Shown here piece after piece: positions 8,501-16,968 of a DNA stretch of 64,000 bases (position 1 is the first letter of the stretch; each line of letters begins with the position of its first letter). The translations under genes were made by a program, and so were the position numbers. Source of the stretch: the human T2T-CHM13v2.0 reference genome, Homo sapiens; assembly GCF_009914755.1 (NCBI RefSeq), contig NC_060945.1; one strand, 5' to 3'. The notes under the pieces were generated by a model. That model searched no databases. It worked only from the letters and a program-made list of their open reading frames with translations, and had not been told where the DNA came from.

Positions 8501-9679
8501 TCCCCGTTCTCTCTCATGTCTTCACCGCCAGCCCTCAGGGACTCTCCTGTTTGTCCCCGCTACTCTCCAACCACGCCCACATTCCAGCTGGAGTCACTTG
8601 CAGGCACCCAGGAATTACCTACAAACTCAGCAGTTTCACTGAGTTACTCCCCAGTCTCTCTCATGTCTTCACCCCCAGCCCCCTGGGACTCTCCTGTCTG
8701 TCCCAGCTCCTCTCCCACCACGCCCAGATTTCAGAGGGAGTCAGCCTCCCACACTCCGGAATCACCTACAGACTCACAGACTTCACGGAGGTCCTCCCTG
8801 GTCTCTCTCAGGTCTTTGCCCTCAGCCCACAGGGACTCCTGTGTCTCTTTCAGCTACTCTCGAAACTTCTCTAGATTCCAGCTGGACTCAGTTCCAGGCA
8901 CCCACGACACACCACCAAACTCACGAATTTCACTGACTTACTCCCCAGTCTCTCTCATGTTCTCACCCCCAGCCCTCAGGGACTCTTCTGTCTCTCTCAG
9001 CTACTCTCCAGCCATCTCCACATCACACCTGGGGTCAGCTTCCCACACCCAGGAATCACCTACAAACTCACGGACCTTACTGCAACCCTCCCCCATTTCT
9101 TTCACCTCTTCACCCCCTGCTTTCAGGGACTCTCCTGTGTCTCCCAGCTTCTCTCCAGCCTTCCCCAGATTTCTGCCACAGTCAGCCCCAGGCACCCAGG
9201 GTTACCCTGGACACTCACAGGCCTCACGAGACTATTTCCCAATGACTTGTATCTATAGAGGGATGGCTCCCATACTTCCCTCAGTGACCTCAAACCCATC
9301 TCCACTTACACTCAGACACTCCCAGGGCCTGACAGCTACTCCCCGTTATTGTCCTTCAGCTCGAAGCCCTGGCCCATCTACTAGCCAACATGATGCAGCT
9401 ACCTGGCCATGTCTCCACATTTCTGGGGAGGGCCCCACACCCAGCCGCAGAAGAGCCCCTCCTGCATTCCATCCTCACACACAGGCCTGTCCATCCACTT
9501 GCTACTGTCACCCTCTTGCCAGCAGAAGAGGCCCCTGTAATGGCCGATATCACCGCCCAGTCTATCCTCACCCCACAGCTGTGCAGCGGGACCCTCCTGC
9601 TGGCCCACGTGGCTGCCACAGCCCATGCTGGCACGACGCTCCAGCATGTCGGCGTCCCTGCGGGCCACGCTACCGCTGA
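5546..9679 (+). CDS. Putative Ser/Pro-rich CTD-like heptad-repeat protein, type A, 1377 aa (unit 1)
   Basis: Uninterrupted ATG-to-TGA ORF; first ATG after TATA/Inr with A at -3; ~19 tandem 48/49-aa repeats, a duplicated N-terminus and a Cys/His/Arg-rich tail. Confidence 0.6.
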   Translation: MSAPKNTRVLSGSSYERSPSPDSPRSMLASPSFSLSPLRNSDLRGSSSPGIRSYHSPSPRASPHSPLSSPVSHNLPFPCPIRDGQSMKPLGSPVSSSEDSTESPRSSVIYHMFLLPSPSSSPPALWESPGSPSYSPNNPRFQLESAPHTQESPANSRASRCSSPMSFISSPPGLRDSPVAPSYSQAIPMFLRESAPCTQESPRDSQVSGEYERSPSPDSSRFMPASPSIYLSPPRNSDPRGSSSQGMWKYSTSSRRASPLSHPSSAEFHNFTFPFPNQAGQSLMSLCSPVSSSGDSSQSPHSSIIYHMFLLPSSSSSPPATNDSPVCPSYSPTTPRFQRASVSNTPETPTNSQTSVRSSPVSLTSSPPGLTDPPVSPSYYPTTRTFQRGSDPGTQGAPPSPPLSLCYSPVSSTSLSPTLRDSPVCPSYSPTTPTFQRESVAGNQQSPANSPISLRYSPVSLMSSPALRDSPVCPSYSATTPTFQLESVRGSPESPPISPITLNYSPVSLMSSPALRDSPVSPSYSPTTPRFQLQAVPCSPESTPNSPISLNYSPVSLMSSPALRDSPICPSYSPTTPRFQLEAVPCTQESPPNSPISLNYSPVSLMSSPSLRDSPVCLSYSPTTPTFQLEYLRGTPESPPNSPISLNYSPVSLMSSPALRDSPDCPSYSPTTSRFQLEAVPCSPESTPNSPISLNYSPVSLMSSPAIRDSPVCPSYSPTTPTCQLESVRDTPESPPNSPISLNYTPVSLMSSPAIRDSPVCPSYSPKTPTFQLESVPGTLESPPNSPISLNYSPVSLMSSPALRDPPVCPSYSPTTPRFQLASVPGTPESPPNSPVSLSYSPVSLMSSPPALRDSPVCPSYSPTTPTFQLESVPGTPESPPNSPISLNYSPVSLMSSPALRDSPVCPSYSPTTPRFQLEAVPCTPESPPNSPISLNYSLVSLMSSPVLRDPPVCPSYSPATPRFQLESVPGTAESPPNSPVSLSYSPFSLMSSPPALRDSPVCPRYSPTTPTFQLESLAGTQELPTNSAVSLSYSPVSLMSSPPAPWDSPVCPSSSPTTPRFQRESASHTPESPTDSQTSRRSSLVSLRSLPSAHRDSCVSFSYSRNFSRFQLDSVPGTHDTPPNSRISLTYSPVSLMFSPPALRDSSVSLSYSPAISTSHLGSASHTQESPTNSRTLLQPSPISFTSSPPAFRDSPVSPSFSPAFPRFLPQSAPGTQGYPGHSQASRDYFPMTCIYRGMAPILPSVTSNPSPLTLRHSQGLTATPRYCPSARSPGPSTSQHDAATWPCLHISGEGPTPSRRRAPPAFHPHTQACPSTCYCHPLASRRGPCNGRYHRPVYPHPTAVQRDPPAGPRGCHSPCWHDAPACRRPCGPRYR
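6512..9240 (+). repeat. 144/147-bp satellite array (ACRO1-like), ~19 monomers, unit 1
   Basis: Tandem monomers, homogeneous centrally and diverged at the edges. Equivalent arrays at ~13945-16528, 21237-23820, 28533-31260, 35969-38552, 43265-45992, 50701-53140 and 57841-60280. Confidence 0.9.
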
Positions 9680-12600
9680 CATGGCTAGCATCACCCTCCT
9701 TCCTGGCAGTGACACTGCTGATTTGAACCCCAGTTTCACAGCTGTCATTTGTAAATAGGACCATTTTCCCTTTTCTCTCTCCCTTCCATTCACAGGGCTT
9801 CTCATTCCCTCTGTTTCTGCCTCCGTTTCAGAGATTTACTCACCTTTTTCTCTCTCACTATGTCTGCCGTGGTCTCCATAAGAGTGTGCCACATAAAATT
9901 GCCCCATTAAAAGTCATGAATTGAGTGGATTTTAGTATACCTGTGGTTGTGCACATTCAATTTTAATTCGCAATCCATTTTAGAAGGTTTTATCACCCCC
10001 GACCAGAGAAACACCCTGTGGACAATAGTCACTCCTCATTCTGTCTCAAACCCTCTCCCTGACCCTCAGCCCTAGGTAACAACTGCATAGAGCGATCATC
10101 CCCATATGCATAGATTTCCATATTGTGGACAGTTCCTATAAACGGAATTGCACAATACGTGAGCTTTTGTGACTGACATAACACTTTTAGCACAATATTT
10201 TCAAGATTCATCCACATTGCAGCCTTACCCACAGGGGGAAACCGCATTTTGTGGTTTCAGTAACACCGGGTGTTTTCTCCTTCCTTCCGTCTTTCCTTCC
10301 TTCCTTCCTTCCTTCCTTCCTTCCTTCCTTCCTCCCTTCCTCCCTTCCTTCCTCCCTTCCTCCCATTTCTCTCTTATTCCTTCTGCCCTCTCTCTTTCAT
10401 ATGCCTTAGGTGCATCCTACGTCCTGCGTCTTTTTGGGGAATCCTCGACAGGTGCTGGAAAATTGTGTTATTGTAATTATTTACCGGTATCTCTCTTTCA
10501 TGGTTCTCCATCAGTTGTAAGCATCTATTGGTTTATCCCAGGTCACTAAGTATATTTTAATTAGCTACACCTGTTTTTCTTTATACACCTGTTTCTGGAG
10601 TATAGGGTCGCATACTCATAAACCCAGTGTAACTCAGAAACGCATCTAATATTCCAATAGACCCATCATAACGTTGAAAAATCATAAATCAAACCAACTT
10701 AAGTCACGATTTGGCGCTGGATATGGGCTCCATCAATTCCATTGTATTCAATAATGCTGTACACCATTAACAATGGCAGACTGATTGGGCGTGGATGTGG
10801 ATAACATTATAAAAATCAGTTATTAGAGGGATACTTTAACCTGACGGAAGAGCTGATCTAATGGTATTAGTACAGTGATGATTATGTGAGATGTTTTGAG
10901 ACAGAGTAGTACATTTGTGTATGAGATTCTGTGGCTTTTTTCACTTAGTAGGAACCTTTGTGTGTGGAAAACTGAGAAAATTGCTTTGTGCTGTAGAGTC
11001 TGGCATTCGTTGTAGATTAAAGCTTATTTTTTCTGGATGTAAATCTTATTCAATAAAATACTACTCTTTATAATAAAAAACAAAGACACTGGTGATGTGA
11101 AGTCATTATCCTCAGCAAACTAATCCAGGAACAGAAAACCAAACGCCACATTCTCACTTATAATGGGAGCTGAAAAATGGGATCACGTGGACACAGGAAG
11201 GGGAACAACACACACTGGGGCCTTTCGGGAGGCAGAGCGTTAAGAAAAACAGCTACCGCATGCTGGGCTTAATACCTAGGTGATGGGTTGACAGGTGCAG
11301 CAAACCACCGTGGCACACGTTTACCTTAGTAACAAATCTGCACAGCCTGCCCATATATTCCAGAACTTAGAAACGAAACGAAAGCAAAGAAAACGAGAAA
11401 GCGATAGCAAAACGCTAACGGCGAAACAGAGTTTCAAACTCAGAAAGTGAGAGACCAATGTTTGGTTCAAATCATGGTTCTCAACCCAGGTGCCATAAGG
11501 TCAGGATAAAGAATTTGATGACGTATTGTAAATAAGACATGCAGCGGAGGACCAGAAAAATCGTTCTCAACATACGTGTGGCTTCGAGTTCAACGGTGAC
11601 GCTATCTACAGTGACATAGCATTAGATTCCAAAGGGCCGAGTCCCGCAAGACTGGCCTCCCACACTAATAATAATGGGAAGCGCTACGTTGCTTTCCCTG
11701 TGCTTCTCAGCAACTGGCTATAAATCAGGTTTCCACCACTCCCAGTTTTAGTTGCATTCATTTGCTGGAAGAGCTCACAGCACGCAGGGAAACACTGACA
11801 TTTCCCATTTTTTGTATTTTAGCAGATATTGCAGAAACTTCAGAAAAAACTTTTGGGCCCGGCATGTGGGGAGGGGCTCACTGCCTTCCAGGAAGTGTTA
11901 TCCAGAAGCTCTCTAAACCCAGTCCTTTTGGGTTTTTATGGAGACCTCATTCTATAGGCATGATGGGTTAAACCATAGGCTATTGGTGATCAACTCAACC
12001 TGGGGCTCTCAACCCTCCCTGGAAATTGGGGTTGAGGCTTTGCCATTCTCAGTCTGAGTAAAAGAATTTACGCAAACGGAATTTTAAAACAGATTAGCAT
12101 ATCTGGAAACTTAACTAGATGACGGAATTATCTGGAGCCACACCTTGATATTCCTAACCCGAGCACCCTCATCCAAAGAATGCTCCACCCAACTGGCTCC
12201 CAAGTCTCTACGGGGTTCCAGAGCAAAAGAATGTTTATACAGCGCATATCTCCACCTTTTCTTCAAAGTCTTTTCGCTTACACGGAAAGACTTCTTCAAC
12301 TGCCATGCATCAGGGTCAGGGGGAGGTCTTGTTACAACACAGATCTGCGGATCTCCGGGGCTTGATTGTGGCAAGGATGCTGCTGGTGTCAAAACCACAA
12401 CGTGGGAACCACAGAACCACTAGTTGGTTTTCAGTGTTTCAGTGCATACAATTCCTAATATATCTGGCCAAGAAAACTTGTAAGTTCTTAGATTGTCCGA
12501 AAGGTGGCGCATGAAATCAAATAAGGAGAACAGTTTCCTACGAGGTGTAGCCTGGGAACCTTGGGGGTGACTGATGGAAAGGAGGAGTGAAGCTCCGCCC

Positions 12601-12978
12601 TTTCCGCTGCGAGGCTGCGCCCGAGGCTATTTAAACCCACCCTGGCTGGCCTGTACTCAGATCTTCGCAGAGCGGAGCAGCGGCCGGAGCGTTTGGCGGA
12701 CTCTGCGTGGACTTGGAGCTCGCAGCGTCTTGCGACTTGGAAGCGGATTCAGAGGACAGGACAGAACACTTGGGCAAGTGAATCTCTGTCTGTCTGTCTG
12801 TCTCATTGGTTGGTTTATTTCCATTTTCTTAAGGAGCACATACCTCACACCACACACACACAAACACACACACACACACGTACGCACGCACGCACACACA
12901 CACGCACACACACACACTAATTCATTCTGCGGGTTAGGAAATTAGTAGGGGTCTCTGGGAGCTGCAGGTTTCCTAATC

Positions 12979-15900
12979 ATGTCTGCACCTAAGAACACTA
13001 GGGTCTTGTCTGGCTCTTCTTATGAACGGTCCCCCAGCCCGGACTCCCCAAGATCCATGCTAGCCTCACCCAGCTTCTCCCTCTCCCCTCTCAGAAACTC
13101 AGACTTAAGAGGAAGCTCCTCACCAGGGATCCGGAGCTACCATTCACCATCCCCTAGGGCTTCACCACACTCACCTCTGTCATCACCAGTATCCCACAAT
13201 CTCCCATTTCCCTGTCCTATCCGTGATGGACAATCCATGAAGCCATTGGGCTCTCCCGTGTCCTCCTCTGAGGATTCTACAGAGTCACCACGTTCATCAG
13301 TAATATACCACATGTTCCTACTGCCATCACCCAGCAGCTCACCCCCAGCTCTCTGGGAGTCTCCTGGGTCTCCCAGCTACTCTCCAAACAACCCCAGATT
13401 TCAGCTGGAGTCAGCCCCCCACACCCAGGAATCACCTGCAAACTCACGAGCCTCACGGTGCTCCTCCCCTATGTCTTTCATCTCTTCACCCGCAGGCCTC
13501 AGGGACTCTCCTGTGGCTCCCAGTTACTCTCAAGCCATCCCCATGTTCCTGCGGGAGTCAGCCCCATGCACTCAGGAGTCCCCCAGAGACTCACAGGTCT
13601 CGGGAGAATATGAGCGCTCCCCCAGCCCTGACTCCTCAAGATTCATGCCTGCCTCACCCAGCATCTACCTCTCCCCTCCCAGGAACTCAGACCCAAGGGG
13701 CAGCTCCTCACAAGGGATGTGGAAGTACTCTACATCATCCCGCAGGGCTTCACCACTCTCACATCCGTCATCGGCAGAATTCCACAACTTTACATTTCCC
13801 TTTCCTAACCAAGCAGGACAATCACTCATGTCATTGTGTTCTCCCGTGTCCTCCTCTGGAGATTCCTCACAGTCACCCCATTCATCAATAATATACCATA
13901 TGTTCTTACTGCCATCATCCAGCAGCTCACCCCCAGCCACCAATGACTCTCCTGTCTGTCCCAGCTACTCTCCAACTACGCCCAGATTTCAGCGGGCGTC
14001 GGTATCCAACACCCCAGAAACACCTACAAACTCACAGACCTCAGTGAGATCCTCGCCAGTCTCTCTCACGTCTTCACCCCCAGGCCTTACGGACCCTCCA
14101 GTCTCTCCCAGCTACTATCCAACCACGCGCACATTTCAGCGCGGGTCAGATCCAGGAACCCAGGGAGCACCACCAAGCCCACCACTTTCACTGTGTTACT
14201 CCCCAGTCTCAAGCACGTCTTTATCTCCAACCCTCAGGGACTCTCCTGTCTGTCCCAGCTATTCTCCAACCACGCCCACGTTTCAGCAGGAGTCCGTTGC
14301 AGGCACCCAGCAATCACCAGCAAACTCACCAATTTCACTCAATTACTCTCCAGTCTCTCTCATGTCTTCACCAGCCCTCAGGGACTCTCCCATCTGTCCC
14401 AGCTACTCTCCATCCACGCCCAGATTTCAGCTGGAAGCAGTTCCTTGCACCCAGGAATCACCACCAAACTCACCAATTTCACTCAATTACTCCCCAGTCT
14501 CTCTCATGTCTTCACCATCCCTCAGGGACTCTCCCGTCTGTCTCAGCTACTCTCCAACCACGCCCACATTTCAGCTGGAGTACCTTCGAGGCACCCCGGA
14601 GTCACCACCAAACTCACCAATTTCACTCAATTACTCTCCAGTCTCTCTCATGTCTTCACCAGCCCTCAGGGACTCTCCCGACTGTCCCAGCTACTCTCCA
14701 ACAACGCCCAGATTTCAGCTGGAAGCAGTTCCTTGCTCCCCGGAATCAACACCAAACTCACCAATTTCACTCAATTACTCTCCAGTCTCTCTCATGTCTT
14801 CACCAGCCATCAGGGACTCTCCCGTCTGTCCCAGCTACTCTCCAACCACGCCCACATTTCAGCTGGAGTCCGTTCGAGGCACCCCGGAGTCACCACCAAA
14901 CTCACCAATTTCACTCAATTACACTCCAGTCTCTCTCATGTCTTCACCAGCCGTCAGGGACTCTCCCGTCTGTCCCAGCTACTCTCCAAAGACGCCCACA
15001 TTTCAGCTGGAGTCTGTTCCAGGCACCCTGGAGTCACCACCAAACTCACCAATTTCACTCAATTACACTCCAGTCTCTCTCATGTCTTCACCAGCCCTCA
15101 GGGACTCTACTGTCTGTCCCAGCTACTCTCCAACCACGCCCAGATTTCAGCTGGAAGCAGTTCCTTGCACCCCAGAATCACCACCAAACTCACCAATTTC
15201 ACTCAATTACTCTCTAGTCTCTCTCATGTCTTCACCAGCCCTCAGGGACCCTCCTGTCTGTCCCAGCTACTCTCCAACCACCCCCAGATTTCAGCTGGAG
15301 TCAGTTCCAGGCACCCCGGAGTCACCACCAAACTCACCAGTTTCACTGAGTTACTCCCCGGTCTCTCTCATGTCTTCACCGCCAGCCCTCAGGGACTCTC
15401 CTGTGTGTCCCAGCTACTCTCCAACCACGCCCACATTTCAGCTGGAGTCAGTTCCAGGCACCCCGGAGTCACCACCAAACTCACCAATTTCACTCAATTA
15501 CTCTCCAGTCTCTCTCATGTCTTCACCAGCCCTCAGGGACTCTCCTGTCTGTCCCAGCTACTCTCCAACCACGCCCAGATTTCAGCTGGAAGCAGTTCCT
15601 TGCACCCCAGAATCACCTCCAAACTCACCAATTTCACTCAATTACTCTCTAGTCTCTCTCATGTCTTCACCAGTCCTCAGGGACCCTCCTGTCTGTCCCA
15701 GCTACTCTCCAACCACACCCAGATTTCAGTTGGAGTCAGTTCCAGGCACCGCGGAGTCACCACCAAACTCACCAGTTTCACTGAGTTACTCCCCGTTCTC
15801 TCTCATGTCTTCACCGCCAGCCCTCAGGGACTCTCCTGTTTGTCCCCGCTACTCTCCAACCACGCCCACATTCCAGCTGGAGTCACTTGCAGGCACCCAG

Positions 15901-16968
15901 GAATTACCTACAAACTCAGCAGTTTCACTGAGTTACTCCCCAGTCTCTCTCATGTCTTCACCCCCAGCCCCCTGGGACTCTCCTGTCTGTCCCAGCTCCT
16001 CTCCCACCACGCCCAGATTTCAGAGGGAGTCAGCCTCCCACACTCCGGAATCACCTACAGACTCACAGACTTCACGGAGGTCCTCCCTGGTCTCTCTCAG
16101 GTCTTTGCCCTCAGCCCACAGGGACTCTTGTGTCTCTTTCAGCTACTCTCGAAACTTCTCTAGATTCCAGCTGGACTCAGTTCCAGGCACCCACGACACA
16201 CCACCAAACTCACGAATTTCACTGACTTACTCCCCAGTCTCTCTCATGTTCTCACCCCCAGCCCTCAGGGACTCTTCTGTCTCTCTCAGCTACTCTCCAG
16301 CCATCTCCACATCACACCTGGGGTCAGCTTCCCACACCCAGGAATCACCTACAAACTCACGGACCTTACTGCAACCCTCCCCCATTTCTTTCACCTCTTC
16401 ACCCCCTGCTTTCAGGGACTCTCCTGTGTCTCCCAGCTTCTCTCCAGCCTTCCCCAGATTTCTGCCACAGTCAGCCCCAGGCACCCAGGGTTACCCTGGA
16501 CACTCACAGGCCTCACGAGACTATTTCCCAATGACTTGTATCTATAGAGGGATGGCTCCCATACTTCCCTCAGTGACCTCAAACCCATCTCCACTTACAC
16601 TCAGACACTCCCAGGGCCTGACAGCTACTCCCCGTTATTGTCCTTCAGCTCGAAGCCCTGGCCCATCTACTAGCCAACATGATGCAGCTACCTGGCCATG
16701 TCTCCACATTTCTGGGGAGGGCCCCACACCCAGCCGCAGAAGAGCCCCTCCTGCATTCCATCCTCACACACAGGCCTGTCCATCCACTTGCTACTGTCAC
16801 CCTCTTGCCAGCAGAAGAGGCCCCTGTAATGGCCGATATCACCGCCCAGTCTATCCTCACCCCACAGCTGTGCAGCGGGACCCTCCTGCTGGCCCACGTG
16901 GCTGCCACAGCCCATGCTGGCACGACGCTCCAGCATGTCGGCGTCCCTGCGGGCCACGCTACCGCTGA
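12979..16968 (+). CDS. Putative CTD-like heptad-repeat protein, type B, 1329 aa (unit 2)
   Basis: Intact ORF, 48 aa shorter than type A. Confidence 0.6.
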   Translation: MSAPKNTRVLSGSSYERSPSPDSPRSMLASPSFSLSPLRNSDLRGSSSPGIRSYHSPSPRASPHSPLSSPVSHNLPFPCPIRDGQSMKPLGSPVSSSEDSTESPRSSVIYHMFLLPSPSSSPPALWESPGSPSYSPNNPRFQLESAPHTQESPANSRASRCSSPMSFISSPAGLRDSPVAPSYSQAIPMFLRESAPCTQESPRDSQVSGEYERSPSPDSSRFMPASPSIYLSPPRNSDPRGSSSQGMWKYSTSSRRASPLSHPSSAEFHNFTFPFPNQAGQSLMSLCSPVSSSGDSSQSPHSSIIYHMFLLPSSSSSPPATNDSPVCPSYSPTTPRFQRASVSNTPETPTNSQTSVRSSPVSLTSSPPGLTDPPVSPSYYPTTRTFQRGSDPGTQGAPPSPPLSLCYSPVSSTSLSPTLRDSPVCPSYSPTTPTFQQESVAGTQQSPANSPISLNYSPVSLMSSPALRDSPICPSYSPSTPRFQLEAVPCTQESPPNSPISLNYSPVSLMSSPSLRDSPVCLSYSPTTPTFQLEYLRGTPESPPNSPISLNYSPVSLMSSPALRDSPDCPSYSPTTPRFQLEAVPCSPESTPNSPISLNYSPVSLMSSPAIRDSPVCPSYSPTTPTFQLESVRGTPESPPNSPISLNYTPVSLMSSPAVRDSPVCPSYSPKTPTFQLESVPGTLESPPNSPISLNYTPVSLMSSPALRDSTVCPSYSPTTPRFQLEAVPCTPESPPNSPISLNYSLVSLMSSPALRDPPVCPSYSPTTPRFQLESVPGTPESPPNSPVSLSYSPVSLMSSPPALRDSPVCPSYSPTTPTFQLESVPGTPESPPNSPISLNYSPVSLMSSPALRDSPVCPSYSPTTPRFQLEAVPCTPESPPNSPISLNYSLVSLMSSPVLRDPPVCPSYSPTTPRFQLESVPGTAESPPNSPVSLSYSPFSLMSSPPALRDSPVCPRYSPTTPTFQLESLAGTQELPTNSAVSLSYSPVSLMSSPPAPWDSPVCPSSSPTTPRFQRESASHTPESPTDSQTSRRSSLVSLRSLPSAHRDSCVSFSYSRNFSRFQLDSVPGTHDTPPNSRISLTYSPVSLMFSPPALRDSSVSLSYSPAISTSHLGSASHTQESPTNSRTLLQPSPISFTSSPPAFRDSPVSPSFSPAFPRFLPQSAPGTQGYPGHSQASRDYFPMTCIYRGMAPILPSVTSNPSPLTLRHSQGLTATPRYCPSARSPGPSTSQHDAATWPCLHISGEGPTPSRRRAPPAFHPHTQACPSTCYCHPLASRRGPCNGRYHRPVYPHPTAVQRDPPAGPRGCHSPCWHDAPACRRPCGPRYR

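Noticed and set aside
6512-9240. Calling the ORF POLR2A/RPB1 or a piece of it
   Set aside because: No polymerase domains and no runs of exact YSPTSPS; only degenerate heptads inside a 48/49-aa repeat.
6512-9240. CRISPR-like array or mucin VNTR
   Set aside because: The repeats are contiguous with no unique spacers, in mammalian DNA. There is no signal peptide or mucin domain, and the composition is SP/YSP rather than Thr-rich.
14297-15217. 306-aa His/Gln-rich third-frame ORF
   Set aside because: Shadow frame of the satellite with a non-ATG start; reported only in type B and C units.
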